In this document: positions 27,153 through 37,900 of the stretch, in pieces
Layout: the number at the start of each line of letters is the position of its first letter
How positions within the stretch are numbered: position 1 is the first letter of the stretch
Source of the DNA: Alphaproteobacteria bacterium
GTDB taxonomy: Bacteria; Pseudomonadota; Alphaproteobacteria; CAAHEQ01; UBA3637
DNA: 64,000 nt
Direction: 5' to 3'
Assembly: GCA_017466695.1 (NCBI GenBank)
Contig: JAFTTR010000002.1
Location: 70,837-134,836, forward strand
Notes under the pieces: generated by a model
Database searches by the model: none
What the model saw: only the letters and a program-made list of their open reading frames with translations
Told to the model about the DNA's origin: nothing
Position numbers and translations under genes: made by a program

Positions 27153-27953
27153 TTAAGAATTAATCAAATCTAAGAAGGTTTGCTTTAATGGCATATTGCA
27201 AGTAATCATTTCTTGCGCATTCACAATATCCATTAATTCACGTTCACCTTTGAAGTTAGAAATATACCCCCCAGCTTCTTTGATTAACAAAGAACCAACG
27301 GCAATATCCCACAATTTAAACCGTGTTGCAATATCAGCATCAAATTGCCCAGCAGCAACACTTGCCAAAGCCATGGTTGTGCTTCCATTATAACGCACAG
27401 AAGCCACTTCTTTAATCACTTTGTCAATAACTTGACGATTTCTTGTCGAGTTATACCCATTACTACCAATCAATGAGCAACTCAAATCGTTACGCCCAGA
27501 CACACGCAAACGCACATTGCCTGTTGGTGTCATTAAAAAGCTACCACGACCCTTTTCAGCATAATACAATTCATTTGTAACTGGATTGAATGAAACGCCT
27601 GCTAAAACATCATCACCTTCCATCACTGCAACTGAAATTGAAAAACAAGGAAGCGCATGTAAAAAGTTTGTTGTCCCATCAATTGGATCAATAATCCAAT
27701 AATAAGAACACCCATTTTTAGGTTCAATCCGTTCACTTTCTTCCGTAATAAAACCAAAATCTGGCTTATCAGTGCTTAACTGCTCAATCAATGTTTTTTC
27801 GGCCATCATATCAGCGTTGGAAACAAAATCCCCAGGACCTTTACGGGAAACTTGTAAACTTGAAACTTCACCAAAGTCACGGAGCATTCTGCGCCCTGCT
27901 TTTCTGACAGCACGTACCATAATTGTCATCAAAGGTGACAAAGAATCAAGCAT
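27153..27953 (-). CDS. suhB: Inositol monophosphatase family protein (SuhB-like)
   Basis: WIIDPIDGTTNFLHALP and WDIAVG motifs. Start trimmed to MLDSLSPLM, because the ORF-track start (28037) would overlap the efp stop. Confidence 0.8.
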   Translation of the reverse strand: MLDSLSPLMTIMVRAVRKAGRRMLRDFGEVSSLQVSRKGPGDFVSNADMMAEKTLIEQLSTDKPDFGFITEESERIEPKNGCSYYWIIDPIDGTTNFLHALPCFSISVAVMEGDDVLAGVSFNPVTNELYYAEKGRGSFLMTPTGNVRLRVSGRNDLSCSLIGSNGYNSTRNRQVIDKVIKEVASVRYNGSTTMALASVAAGQFDADIATRFKLWDIAVGSLLIKEAGGYISNFKGERELMDIVNAQEMITCNMPLKQTFLDLINS

Positions 27954-28036
27954 AATTTCTTCCCTTGTTTTGGGGCGTTCTCTGCGTTCTGCCTGCTTAC
28001 GTGGTGTGATACGTCTTTTTTCAGTAATGGTTGCCA

Positions 28037-28600
28037 TTATTTTGCCCTTTCAACATAGGAACAATCAGCTGTTGCAACAACAATCTTTTCCCCTGTTGTA
28101 ACAAAAGGTGGAATGCTTGTTCTTAATCCATTATCTAAAATAGCTGGCTTATAAGAAGTTGTAACTGTTTGGCCTTTCAAATAAGGTTCTGTTTCAACAA
28201 CTTCACAAACAACGTGTAAAGGCAATTCAATACCCACAACTTTACCTTCAATTGTGTTAGCCACAACTTCCATATTATCTTGCAAGAAAGCAACGCCCTC
28301 ACCCATCAAATCGGCTGGGATTTCAATTTGATCATATGTTTCTTTATTCATAAAATAAAGGGTATCTCCTTCACGATAAAGGTATTGGCAATCAATATTT
28401 TCGGATGTTAATTTTTCAATGGTGTCTTCCGTTCTGAAACGTTCATTTGTTTTGTTCCCACTGGCTAAGTCACGCATTTCAACTTGCATGAAAGCACCAC
28501 CTTTACCAGGCTTTGTTACTTGTGTTTTCATCACTGTCCATTGTTTTCCATTATGTTCAATAATCCAACCGGGTCTAATATTGTTTGCTTGTGTTTTCAT
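28037..28600 (-). CDS. efp: Elongation factor P
   Basis: MKTQANNIRPGWIIEHNGKQWTVMKTQVTKPGKGGAFMQVEMRDLASG (the KPGKGGA loop containing the modified Lys); 187 aa. Confidence 0.9.
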   Translation of the reverse strand: MKTQANNIRPGWIIEHNGKQWTVMKTQVTKPGKGGAFMQVEMRDLASGNKTNERFRTEDTIEKLTSENIDCQYLYREGDTLYFMNKETYDQIEIPADLMGEGVAFLQDNMEVVANTIEGKVVGIELPLHVVCEVVETEPYLKGQTVTTSYKPAILDNGLRTSIPPFVTTGEKIVVATADCSYVERAK

Positions 28601-28692
28601 GCATTTTCCTTTTCACTATGTTAAAAATCTCATTCACCAAATGTGAATTTCGTTTATTTTACAAAAAAAAAGTTTATTTTTCAAGTAAAAAA

Positions 28693-29565
28693 TCATTTCC
28701 CCTCAAAAGAAAAAACCAAGACCCGAATAATACCAGCCAAATCCTTACGTTCTTCAAGTAAAGTATAGCCTTTATCTTTCATCAATGCGATAACTGATTT
28801 TTCTTGTCCTTTCCCAATTTCAAAAAAAATCTTCCCCCCTGGTGTTAATAAATGTTTTAAGCTATGAGCTAAACTTCTATAAGCATCTAATCCGTCTATT
28901 CCACCATCCAAAGCAAGCAAGGGGTCATAATAACGCACATTTTCTTCTAAATTTTCAATCTCTTTTGTTGGGATATAAGGTGGATTGGATACAATCACAT
29001 CAAACACAGGCAAATCATTGATAAAATCTTTTGAAAATAGGTCCTTTTTAAAAAAAGAGGCATTATAATCTAAACCATTTTCTTTAGCAATCTGAAGAGC
29101 TTTATCTGAAATATCAACCCCAATCCCTTTGGCATTTTTGTATTCGTATAACAAAGAAATCAATAAACACCCAGACCCTGTACCAATATCCAAAATTGAA
29201 AGAGGCGCTTCTTTATCTTTAAAATAAGAAAGCACACTTTCAATAATCGTTTCAGAATCAGATCGTGGATCTAAAACATCTTTTGTAACCTTAAAATCCA
29301 AAGCCCAAAAGCCTCGTTCTCCTACAATTTTTGACACAGGCTCCTTCTTTTGAATGCGTTTAACAAAATCGTCCACATCACAAGAGGTGATTTCTTTTTG
29401 TTGCCTTTCATAGGCCTCAACAAAAAATAAAGCATCAAGATAAGGGGTTGTTGATATCCCTTGTAAACGAGCTTCAATCTCTTTAACAAGTTTATTCAAT
29501 TTCTGCCAACCTTGCCATTTGATCTTCAAAAACAAGTGCTTCAATAAATTCATCCAATCCAGCAC
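28693..29565 (-). CDS. prmC: Release factor glutamine N5-methyltransferase
   Basis: [18 protein letters not shown] motif; IVSNPPYIP (NPPY). Sits downstream of and overlapping prfA. Confidence 0.85.
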   Translation of the reverse strand: MLDWMNLLKHLFLKIKWQGWQKLNKLVKEIEARLQGISTTPYLDALFFVEAYERQQKEITSCDVDDFVKRIQKKEPVSKIVGERGFWALDFKVTKDVLDPRSDSETIIESVLSYFKDKEAPLSILDIGTGSGCLLISLLYEYKNAKGIGVDISDKALQIAKENGLDYNASFFKKDLFSKDFINDLPVFDVIVSNPPYIPTKEIENLEENVRYYDPLLALDGGIDGLDAYRSLAHSLKHLLTPGGKIFFEIGKGQEKSVIALMKDKGYTLLEERKDLAGIIRVLVFSFEGK

Positions 29566-30562
29566 CTGAGATAACTTCAGTTAATTGGTAAGACGTCTTA
29601 TTGATACGGTGATCTGTAACACGTCCTTGTGGATAGTTATACGTTCTGATACGTTCAGACCGATCCCCAGACCCTACTTGGGTTTTTCTGTTTTGAGAGC
29701 GTTCCTTATCCAAGGCCTGGCGTTGCATATCATAAAGCGCTGTTCTCAAACGCATCATAGCTTTGTCTTTATTCTTAAATTGAGAGCGTTCTTCCTGACA
29801 TTCAACAGCAATCCCTGTTGGTTTATGCACAATACGAATGGCACTATCTGTCTTATTAACGTGTTGTCCACCAGCACCAGAGGCACGACAAGTGGTAATT
29901 TCTAAATCAGCTTCATTAATTTCAACATCAACCTCTTGCGCTTCTGGCAATACAGCAACCGTTGCAGCCGAAGTATGCACACGCCCCCCTGATTCTGTTT
30001 CAGGAACACGTTGCACACGGTGTGCCCCTGATTCAAATTTAAGACGGGCAAACACAGCGTTACCAGAAATTTGGGCAACAGCTTCCTTATAACCACCAAG
30101 ACCTGTTTCATTTAATGAAAGCACCTCAAAACGCCACCCTTTCATAGAGGCATAGCGCTCATACATACGGAACAATTCAGCCCCAAAAAGGGCTGCTTCT
30201 TCCCCACCGGTACCAGCTCTAACTTCTAAAATAACGTTCCTGTCATCAGCTTCATCTTTTGGCAATAAGAGAATCTGAATTTGCTTTTCTAGTTCACTAA
30301 TCCCTTCTTTTAAAGCATAAAATTCCTCATTTGCCATTTCCTTCATTTCTACATCCAAACTTTCATCTTGAAGCATCATTTCTGCATCAAGAAGGTCTTG
30401 CTTCATCTTTTTATATTGAAGCCCTGCTTTGTTCACTTCTTCCAAAGAGCTTAATTCTTTCGAAAGTTTCACAAATTCGTCACTTGAAAGCTCTTGTGAT
30501 AAAAGGGCTGTAACTTCTTCATATCTTGAAATAATTGGATCTAATTTTTGTTCAAAATTCAT
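29492..30562 (-). CDS. prfA: Peptide chain release factor 1
   Basis: GGQ motif [18 protein letters not shown]; RF1-type tripeptide region VQRVPETES. Start trimmed to MNFEQ, which has a GGAGA RBS. Confidence 0.9.
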   Translation of the reverse strand: MNFEQKLDPIISRYEEVTALLSQELSSDEFVKLSKELSSLEEVNKAGLQYKKMKQDLLDAEMMLQDESLDVEMKEMANEEFYALKEGISELEKQIQILLLPKDEADDRNVILEVRAGTGGEEAALFGAELFRMYERYASMKGWRFEVLSLNETGLGGYKEAVAQISGNAVFARLKFESGAHRVQRVPETESGGRVHTSAATVAVLPEAQEVDVEINEADLEITTCRASGAGGQHVNKTDSAIRIVHKPTGIAVECQEERSQFKNKDKAMMRLRTALYDMQRQALDKERSQNRKTQVGSGDRSERIRTYNYPQGRVTDHRINKTSYQLTEVISGAGLDEFIEALVFEDQMARLAEIE

Positions 30563-30627
30563 CTTTTTCTCCATATAAAAAAGCACTCTACTTTATTAAA
30601 AGTAAAGAGTGCTTTTTTGTTCTTTTG

Positions 30628-31647
30628 CTAATTTTCATAAGCGTCAACTGTTAACTCAACATCTTTTAAAATATGGCCTTTTCGACCTAAAACTTTTTTA
30701 AACTCTCCATCAATATAAACAGATAAAGCCCCTGCGTTACCTGTACGTAAGCGATAATCTTGCGCATCTAACGGTGGGTTATAACTATCTCCTTCTTGCA
30801 ACACTTTACTTAGCAACACTTTATCTAATTGCTTCACCTCAACCCAAACTTTGCTCGTTGCTTTAATGGAAAGACGAGCCCCCTCTTTTAAACCATAAAC
30901 GGTTGGAGCAGGCTTTTCTTCTGCTATAGTTTGCTTTTCTTTTACCTCTTGAGAAGGTGTTCCCGTTGGAATTAAGGCTTTTAATTCTTTTGAAAGAGCT
31001 TTTGTATCCACCTGAGAAGGCTTTATTTCTTGAACCAAGCTATCACTCATCACTGGAGCAGATAAAACCTTTTCTTCTTTTGTTGAAAGACTTTTTGTTT
31101 CTTCCTGCGCTACTTCATTTTGTGTTTTTTCTTCTGGAGTTGTTTGAGAAGTTAACGTACTGTCCTTTTGTTCACTCACAGCTGATTTTAAAGTTTCATC
31201 AACTTCTTTATTTGAACAAAAGTAGCTTCCAAATCCAAACAAAAAAACAACCACAATCAAAGACAATAAAAACCTTTTTGTCGGAACAACATTTTTATCC
31301 GAAACGGTCAACGGTTCAGCTTGACTTTCTTTTAAATGAGAGGTTTCATGATGGAATTTTTTTGTCATTAAATTGGCATCTAACCCCAAATAAGAGGCAT
31401 AGCTTCTTAAAAATCCAGCCCCATAAACAAGCGCTGGGAAAGAAGCATAATCCCCTTCTTCAAGGGCTTGTAAAAAACTTTCTCTAATACAAAGTGTTTG
31501 CGCAATTTCTGAAAGTTCCAAACCCTTTTCTTCTCTTGTGTTCTTAAGCACATCCCCCAAAGGCAAATCAAGCGCTAAAACAGTTTGAACAGGGAAAACT
31601 TCTTCTTCAATTTCAGAAGTTTCAATCTCTTCATTTTCTTTCATCAT
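30628..31647 (-). CDS. rodZ: RodZ-like cytoskeleton protein (N-terminal HTH, single TM, C-terminal DUF4115-like domain)
   Basis: HTH region LGDVLKNTREEKGLELSEIAQTLCIRESFLQALEEGDYASFPALVYGAGFLRSYASYLGLD; TM LLSLIVVVFLFGFGSYF; C-terminal VWVEVKQLDKVLLSKVLQEGDSY...LRTGNAGALSVYIDGE. Confidence 0.55.
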   Translation of the reverse strand: MMKENEEIETSEIEEEVFPVQTVLALDLPLGDVLKNTREEKGLELSEIAQTLCIRESFLQALEEGDYASFPALVYGAGFLRSYASYLGLDANLMTKKFHHETSHLKESQAEPLTVSDKNVVPTKRFLLSLIVVVFLFGFGSYFCSNKEVDETLKSAVSEQKDSTLTSQTTPEEKTQNEVAQEETKSLSTKEEKVLSAPVMSDSLVQEIKPSQVDTKALSKELKALIPTGTPSQEVKEKQTIAEEKPAPTVYGLKEGARLSIKATSKVWVEVKQLDKVLLSKVLQEGDSYNPPLDAQDYRLRTGNAGALSVYIDGEFKKVLGRKGHILKDVELTVDAYEN

Positions 31648-31708
31648 TTAATTCCTTTATAAAATAAGTATGGTTATTTATACCTGTTTTTTTTAAAAAT
31701 GTCTACTA

Positions 31709-32398
31709 CTATTTCAAATGGAGCCATATAAAAACAAGAATGGCCGCACTTCCAAGGGCTGGGCCAAAGGGCCCCACCTTTCGTTTATATAAAATAGCTT
31801 CAATCAAAAAGAATACAAAAGAAAGCACAAGCGTTATACTTAGACCAATCAGACCAAACCACGCTCCAAGTGCTGTGAGCATCTTAGCATCCCCTGCCCC
31901 AAACTCTGCTTTTTTTACCGTACTAAGCATTACAACGGATATAATTGAGACAAAATATCCGTACCAAGCCCCAATTAAACTTTCCACCATTGAAAGAGGC
32001 GTATTTAGGCAATAAACATACGTAAACCCCAGCACCAATAAGGGAATAGTAAAAAAGTCTGGCAATAAGTAGTACATCCGATCTACACTCATCAGCAATA
32101 AGACCATATATATGAAAGCACAGGCTAAATAAAATGAAGCCCCTCCCAACAAATAATGACAAATCACATATAAAAAAGCAGTTGAAAGACCAAAAAAGAA
32201 TGAAACTTTAAAAAATTTTTTCCAAAGCGCTTTTAAACGCTGATTCTTTGCTTCATCCTTACTTTTTGTCACACAAGGTTTATGCCACATTTGAACCAAA
32301 ACAAGCCCAGGATCTGCTGGTAAAATCTTCCCAAATCGGCTTGCAATAGCAGGGATAAAACACCCCATCAAAAACCCAATCATCCCAGATAAAAACAT
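31709..32398 (-). CDS. A24-family aspartic peptidase (prepilin peptidase-like, CpaA/TadV-type)
   Basis: Polytopic membrane protein; FGAGDAKMLTALGAWFG matches the prepilin-peptidase second-Asp motif (GGGDVKLLAA-like). Confidence 0.55.
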   Translation of the reverse strand: MFLSGMIGFLMGCFIPAIASRFGKILPADPGLVLVQMWHKPCVTKSKDEAKNQRLKALWKKFFKVSFFFGLSTAFLYVICHYLLGGASFYLACAFIYMVLLLMSVDRMYYLLPDFFTIPLLVLGFTYVYCLNTPLSMVESLIGAWYGYFVSIISVVMLSTVKKAEFGAGDAKMLTALGAWFGLIGLSITLVLSFVFFLIEAILYKRKVGPFGPALGSAAILVFIWLHLK

Positions 32399-32532
32399 AA
32401 AAAAACTCCCCTTATAAATTCTTTTTCTTAGAAAATATGCGTCAAAATAAAAAAATAATCAATCATTTTTTATTGATAAAATCTTTTTTTCATATTAGAA
32501 TAAACAAACAACTTAACATAAGGAGAAGAATA

Positions 32533-32991
32533 ATGATTAGAGATGATTTAAAAAAAGCATTGGTTGAAGCTTTAAAAGCAAAAGATGAAACAAAAGTTGC
32601 AACCATTCGGTTGATTAACGCAGCTATCAAAGATAAAGACATTGAAGCACGCCCCAAAGGAAACTTGGACGGCATTGATGACACAGCTATTTTAAACCTG
32701 CTCATGAGTATGGTCAAACAACGCAATGAAAGCATCAGCATGTATCAAAAAGGTGGTCGCAGCGATTTGGCTCAAAAAGAACAAGCTGAAATTGACATCA
32801 TCAGTCTTTTTCTTCCAAAACAAATGTCTACAGAAGAAGTAAGTGCTGCTATTGATACTCTTATTCAAGAAACAGGTGCAACAAGCATTAAAGACATGGG
32901 CAAAGTCATGGGCGCTTTAAAGGCAAAATACGCTGGAAAAATGGATTTTGCAGCAGCCTCAGCTTTAATCAAATCAAAACTTGGCGCTTAA
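32533..32991 (+). CDS. GatB/YqeY domain-containing protein
   Basis: MIRDDLKKALVEALKAKDETKVATIRLINAAIKDKDIE is typical of YqeY. AAGGAG RBS at ATG 32533 (the ORF-track start is further upstream). Immediately upstream of dnaG. Confidence 0.75.
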   Translation: MIRDDLKKALVEALKAKDETKVATIRLINAAIKDKDIEARPKGNLDGIDDTAILNLLMSMVKQRNESISMYQKGGRSDLAQKEQAEIDIISLFLPKQMSTEEVSAAIDTLIQETGATSIKDMGKVMGALKAKYAGKMDFAAASALIKSKLGA

Positions 32992-33007
32992 AAAAAGGTA
33001 ACAGGGT

Positions 33008-34750
33008 ATGAGCTTTCCACCAGCGTTTTTAGATGAAATAAAAGAGCGTGTAAGTGTTTCATCTATTATCGGACGCAAAATAAAACTCACCAAAAAGGGA
33101 CGTGAGTTTTTAGGCTTGTGCCCTTTTCATCATGAAAAAACCCCCTCTTTCACCATCAATGATGAAAAAGGTTTTTATCATTGTTTTGGTTGTGGGGCAC
33201 ATGGGAATGTGATTAACTTTTTAACCGATTGTGAAAAGATGCCCTTTTTAGAAGCTGTTGAGCATTTAGCCAACTTAGCTGGACTTAAAATGCCCGATCA
33301 AAAGCCTCAAAATCAAGCACAAGAAAATCGCTTTAATACCTTGATTGAAATTATGGAAAAGGCGTGTCTTTTTTTTCAAAAAAACTTATTTTCTCCAGCC
33401 GGCGAACAAGCCAGAGAGTACTTAAAAAACAGAGGTATAACTGGAGAAATTGCAAAACAGTTTCGTTTAGGCTACGCACCCAGTGGCTCTCAGCTCACCC
33501 CTTTATTAAAGGAGACAAATGTTTCTTTTGCCTTAGCGCAAGAACTGGGGCTGATTGCTAAAAACCAAGGCAGAGAGGGGTATCACGATTATTTTTACGA
33601 CAGAGTTATGTTCCCTATTTTAGATAGACGTAAGCGTGTGATTGGTTTTGGCGGGCGTCTCATGCGAAAAGGCGAACCAAAATATCTTAACTCACCAGAT
33701 ACAGCTCTTTTTCATAAAGGAGAGCAACTTTATGCCCTTCCAAACGCACTTGAAACAATTAGAAAATCAAACAATGCCATTATTGTAGAAGGGTATATGG
33801 ATGTTATTTCCCTTCATAGCGCCGGCTTTACAAACGCTGTTGCGCCTTTGGGAACAGCATTTACCGAAAACCAACTTCAATTACTTTGGAAAGAGTGTGA
33901 CGAGCCTATTATCTGTTTTGACGGAGATAAGGCTGGTAGGAAAGCCTCTTCAAGAGCATTGCTTCGAGCCCTACCCTTATTAAAAGCTGGCAAATCACTT
34001 CAATTTGTGTTTCTTCCAGACCCTTTTGATCCAGACGATATGATTCGGAAAAAATCGCCTGAAGCTTTTAAAAATATGTTGGACCACCCCAAAAGTCTTT
34101 TTTACGCTCTTTGGAATATGTTACTTGAAAACAGGTCGGTTGACACCCCTGAGCGTATGGCAAAACTTGAAAAAGAAGCCCTTGAATTAATTGAAAAAAT
34201 ACAAGATGAGCGCATTCAAGTTTACTATACAAAAGAAGTGAAAAAACAGCTTTGGCAATTGGGAAGAGAAAAGAAAAAATCTCCCCTTTCTTTTAACGAG
34301 GCACAAAGCATTTTAAAACCACAGAAAAACACCATTGAAGGACGAATGCTTCTTGCCTATTTGATTTGTTATCCTAAAATTGCTCAAAATTTCATTGAAG
34401 AAATTGCCTCCATTAATTTGCATGAAAATATGCTTCAAAATATAAAAGAAAAGGTTTTAGAAAAACTCTTTGAAAACCCAGAAATTAGCTCTAATGAATT
34501 ACAATCATTTGTTTTTGAAGACTTTGAAGGAATTAAATTATCCGAAATGGAAATGCTTCAAAAAGCCTCAAAAGCTCCTGATGAAGTCATTAAAGATATT
34601 GAGCATTGGTTACACATCTATCAAGTACGATCTTTGGAAGAAGAATGCCAACGAAAAGTTATGGAATTTAATGAAACCGGTAACGAATCGCTTTGGGCTG
34701 AAATTCAGTCGATTAAAAATGAACTTTCTCTTCTTTTAAATCCTGAATAA
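33008..34750 (+). CDS. dnaG: DNA primase
   Basis: CHC2 zinc finger CPFHHEKTPSFTINDEKGFYHCFGCGAHGNVINFL; TOPRIM IIVEGYMDVISLH ... DGDKAGRKA. Confidence 0.92.
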   Translation: MSFPPAFLDEIKERVSVSSIIGRKIKLTKKGREFLGLCPFHHEKTPSFTINDEKGFYHCFGCGAHGNVINFLTDCEKMPFLEAVEHLANLAGLKMPDQKPQNQAQENRFNTLIEIMEKACLFFQKNLFSPAGEQAREYLKNRGITGEIAKQFRLGYAPSGSQLTPLLKETNVSFALAQELGLIAKNQGREGYHDYFYDRVMFPILDRRKRVIGFGGRLMRKGEPKYLNSPDTALFHKGEQLYALPNALETIRKSNNAIIVEGYMDVISLHSAGFTNAVAPLGTAFTENQLQLLWKECDEPIICFDGDKAGRKASSRALLRALPLLKAGKSLQFVFLPDPFDPDDMIRKKSPEAFKNMLDHPKSLFYALWNMLLENRSVDTPERMAKLEKEALELIEKIQDERIQVYYTKEVKKQLWQLGREKKKSPLSFNEAQSILKPQKNTIEGRMLLAYLICYPKIAQNFIEEIASINLHENMLQNIKEKVLEKLFENPEISSNELQSFVFEDFEGIKLSEMEMLQKASKAPDEVIKDIEHWLHIYQVRSLEEECQRKVMEFNETGNESLWAEIQSIKNELSLLLNPE

Positions 34751-34886
34751 ATCTCTTTGTTTTTCAAAGAAAAAAATAAAAAAAATAAAAATCTTCTTTT
34801 AAAGATAAAAATAGTTGACAGGGGCATAAAAAAATCGTATATTAGCCCCAAATTATTTTCAATATTTTTTATTATGGTGTTGCCTT

Positions 34887-37010
34887 ATGACCTCTCTTTC
34901 AGATAATCAACAATTATCCAAAAGCCGTTCAGCCACAACTCAAGAGTCCAAAGCTTCAATGAAAAAATTAATTGAAAAAGGGAAAGAACGTGGCTTTGTC
35001 TCACTCAATGAATTGAAAAAATGTATCCCTGCTGATGCCCATAATGAAGAATCAATGGAATTGATTATTTCTTCTTTCACCGATATGGGGATTAACATTA
35101 TCGATGGAACTGAAGATTTAACCGATTTAACTGAAAGCTTAACGGAACAAAAATCTTTAACTCCTTCTCAATCAGATGAGGATGCCCCTGCTGAGGTGGA
35201 TACTGGCAATCGCGTAAATGACCCTGTTCGCCTTTATTTAAGAGAAATGGGGGCTGTTGAACTCCTCTCTCGTGAAGGGGAAATTGCTATTGCAAAGCGA
35301 ATCGCAGCCGGTATTGATGTGATGATGACCGGTCTAAGTGAAAGTTCCTTAACAATGCGAGCTCTTTCTACTTGGCATCAAAAATTAAATGATGGCACCA
35401 TGTTCTTGCGTGAAATTATTGATTTGGAATCTTCCATTGAATCAACAAAAGATGGCGTCCAAAAAGAAGAAGATTTGCACCTTGAATTATCAAAGATTGA
35501 AAAAACAGAAGCTCTTTTGCAAAGTGAAAAAGCAAAAGCTGCCTCTGTTAAAGTTGCACCAGTTCCTCAAAAATTAGAGGACGAGGAAGAAGAGGACTTT
35601 GATGATGAGCCTGTTCAAGATGATTATGAAGAAGATAAAGACGATTTAACAGAAGACGAACCTCTTATTGATGAACCAGAAGAAAAACGCACCTCTTCTT
35701 TAGACGAAGACGAAGATGATGAGGACTACGCTGACGGCGCAATGAGTATTGGACAGATGGAAGAGTCCTTATTACCTCAAACAATTGAAACTTTAACAGC
35801 AATTGAAGAACTCAACATTGAGTTTGAAAAAGTTAAACAAGAAAAAATGGCCGCCTTCATTGCGAATAAACCATTACCTCGTGCTGTTGAAAAGCGTTAT
35901 ATTGAGCTCAGACGTGAAATTACAACAAAATTAAAAAGTATTTGTTTAAATCCTTTGCGCATTGAAGAATTAATCAACGAACTCAATGACTTCAACCAAC
36001 GCTTATTAATGTTAGAAGGTCGTTTGTTACGCTTAGCCACTTCTTCAAAAATTGAACGTGAAGAATTTTTAGACGCCTATCAAAACAGTGAAGTTGATCC
36101 AAAATGGGTGAACAAGGCAGAACGTAAACAATCCAAAAACTGGCAAATGTTTATCGAAAGATATAAACCTGAAATTATTGATATTCGTTCAGCTATTCAA
36201 GACGTTGTTGAAGAAGTCTGTATGCCAATTTCTGAATATCGTAGAATTGTCTCAACTGTTAAAAAAGGCCGTCAAGAAACAAATAAAGCAAAACAAGAAA
36301 TGATCGAAGCAAACCTTCGTTTGGTGATTTCAATTTCTAAAAAATACACTAATAGAGGACTTCAATTCCTTGATTTAATTCAAGAAGGAAACATTGGTTT
36401 GATGAAGGCAGTTGATAAATTTGAATATCAACGAGGCTATAAATTTTCAACCTATGCCACTTGGTGGATTCGTCAATCCATTACACGGGCCATTGCCGAC
36501 CAAGCAAGAACCATTCGTATCCCTGTCCATATGATTGAAACCATCAATAAAATGCTCAAAACGGGTCGTCAAATGATGCTTGAAACTGGTCACGAACCAA
36601 CACCTGAAGAATTGGCACCTCGCATTAACTTATCCGTTGAAAAGATTAAAAAAGTTCTTAAAATTGCAAAAGAACCTATTTCGCTTGAAACACCAGTTGG
36701 TGATGAAGAAGATTCACATTTAGGCGATTTCATTGAAGATAAAAACACAATCCAACCATTGGAAGCGGCAATTCAAACGAACTTGCGTCAATCTTGCACA
36801 GCTGTGTTATCAACACTCTCCCCTCGTGAAGAACGTGTCCTTCGTATGCGTTTTGGTATTGGGATGAATTCTGATCACACATTGGAAGAAGTTGGTCTTC
36901 AATTTGCTGTGACCCGTGAACGTATTCGTCAAATTGAAGCAAAAGCCTTGCGTAAACTCAAACACCCAAGTCGTTCAAGAAAATTACGCAGCTTCTTAGA
37001 AGAAGGATAA
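34887..37010 (+). CDS. rpoD: RNA polymerase sigma factor RpoD (sigma-70) with acidic non-conserved region
   Basis: Region 2 [35 protein letters not shown]; region 4 [26 protein letters not shown]; acidic insert [12 protein letters not shown]... Confidence 0.95.
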   Translation: MTSLSDNQQLSKSRSATTQESKASMKKLIEKGKERGFVSLNELKKCIPADAHNEESMELIISSFTDMGINIIDGTEDLTDLTESLTEQKSLTPSQSDEDAPAEVDTGNRVNDPVRLYLREMGAVELLSREGEIAIAKRIAAGIDVMMTGLSESSLTMRALSTWHQKLNDGTMFLREIIDLESSIESTKDGVQKEEDLHLELSKIEKTEALLQSEKAKAASVKVAPVPQKLEDEEEEDFDDEPVQDDYEEDKDDLTEDEPLIDEPEEKRTSSLDEDEDDEDYADGAMSIGQMEESLLPQTIETLTAIEELNIEFEKVKQEKMAAFIANKPLPRAVEKRYIELRREITTKLKSICLNPLRIEELINELNDFNQRLLMLEGRLLRLATSSKIEREEFLDAYQNSEVDPKWVNKAERKQSKNWQMFIERYKPEIIDIRSAIQDVVEEVCMPISEYRRIVSTVKKGRQETNKAKQEMIEANLRLVISISKKYTNRGLQFLDLIQEGNIGLMKAVDKFEYQRGYKFSTYATWWIRQSITRAIADQARTIRIPVHMIETINKMLKTGRQMMLETGHEPTPEELAPRINLSVEKIKKVLKIAKEPISLETPVGDEEDSHLGDFIEDKNTIQPLEAAIQTNLRQSCTAVLSTLSPREERVLRMRFGIGMNSDHTLEEVGLQFAVTRERIRQIEAKALRKLKHPSRSRKLRSFLEEG

Positions 37011-37042
37011 GTTTTTAATCATTAACATTCATAAAGACAAAG

Positions 37043-37070
37043 AACCCATCTTTTTAGATGGGTTTTCTTA
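37043..37070 (+). terminator. Rho-independent terminator after rpoD
   Basis: aacccatct-ttttag-agatgggtt hairpin followed by a T-rich tract. Confidence 0.65.
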
Positions 37071-37115
37071 TTGCAAAAGCAAAACAAGTGTGAGAACGTT
37101 GCACACAGATATAAA

Positions 37116-37210
37116 CCGGCGCAAGGGTCTGAGCTGGCGCATGGTGTGTGAGCTGGCGTGTGGGGGTGAGCTGGCGCATGGTGTGTGAGTTGGCGTGTAG
37201 GTCTGAGCTA
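37116..37210. repeat. GC-rich tandem repeat, ~18-19-bp units alternating two variants (tgagctggcgcatggtgtg / tgagctggcgtgtggggg), about 4.5 units
   Basis: Direct reading of gtctgagctggcgcatggtgtgtgagctggcgtgtgggggtgagctggcgcatggtgtgtgagttggcgtgtaggtctgagcta, within a 410-bp convergent intergenic region. Confidence 0.75.
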
Positions 37211-37420
37211 TATCAAAAACATAAAATCCACGCAGTGGCTACTGTCTTTTAAAGCAAAATGTCAAAAAGAAAAAGGGGTAAATAAAAAAATGCTTACAAA
37301 AAAAAGAGAGGTTACCCCCCTCTTTTTTATATATGCTCTAACCTTTTCACAAACTGATTGCTTTTTAGCGTTATTTAAAAGCAATCGTTTTTAAGAAAAG
37401 TGAAACCTTTTTAGGCTCTG

Positions 37421-37762
37421 TTATTTACGGATCCGTTCAAAATCACTTAAACATTTTTGCCACTCATACAGTGTTTTTTGCATCCCAAGTTTTTTAGCAT
37501 TATAGGCTTGCCCCACAAGTTGAGAAGAACTCGACATCCCAGAAACATACCCAACATATTCAGCATCTTGCTTGTTTGCATCCGTGCTAATTAAATAAAA
37601 AGCTTTTGTTTGATATTTATTTTCAACAACCTGCATATCAATAACCGTCCCAAGCGTGTTATCACCCTCTACAAATGATGCATGTGAGGGAATAATATCA
37701 TCCTTACACCCAGATAGAATCAGCCCTGAAAAAGCACATAACGCCATTAATTCATTTTTCAT
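37421..37762 (-). CDS. Small lipoprotein, hypothetical
   Basis: GGAGGA RBS; lipobox LILSGC (MKNELMALCAFSGLILSGCKDD). Confidence 0.6.
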   Translation of the reverse strand: MKNELMALCAFSGLILSGCKDDIIPSHASFVEGDNTLGTVIDMQVVENKYQTKAFYLISTDANKQDAEYVGYVSGMSSSSQLVGQAYNAKKLGMQKTLYEWQKCLSDFERIRK

Positions 37763-37845
37763 ACATATCCTCCATTATAAATGGTAAAAAAATATATCAT
37801 AAAACAAAATAATTGTCAATTTTTTTAAAAAAACACAGAATAAAA

Positions 37846-37878
37846 CAAAAAAGGGAAAGAAAATAAAACTTCTTTCCC
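37846..37878 (-). terminator. Rho-independent terminator downstream of aspS
   Basis: Minus-strand hairpin GGGAAAGAA-GUUUUAUUU-UCUUUCCC followed by UUUUUU. Confidence 0.6.
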
Positions 37879-37900
37879 TTTCAAATAATATAAAAAAGAA

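Noticed and set aside
28693-30586. Apparent 74-nt prfA/prmC overlap and the long N-terminal extensions of the prfA, suhB, lysS, polA, yqeY and ispA ORFs
   Set aside because: These are most likely start-codon over-extension by the ORF finder. Internal ATGs with good Shine-Dalgarno sites give conventional protein lengths, as used in the feature table. The prmC start remains ambiguous.
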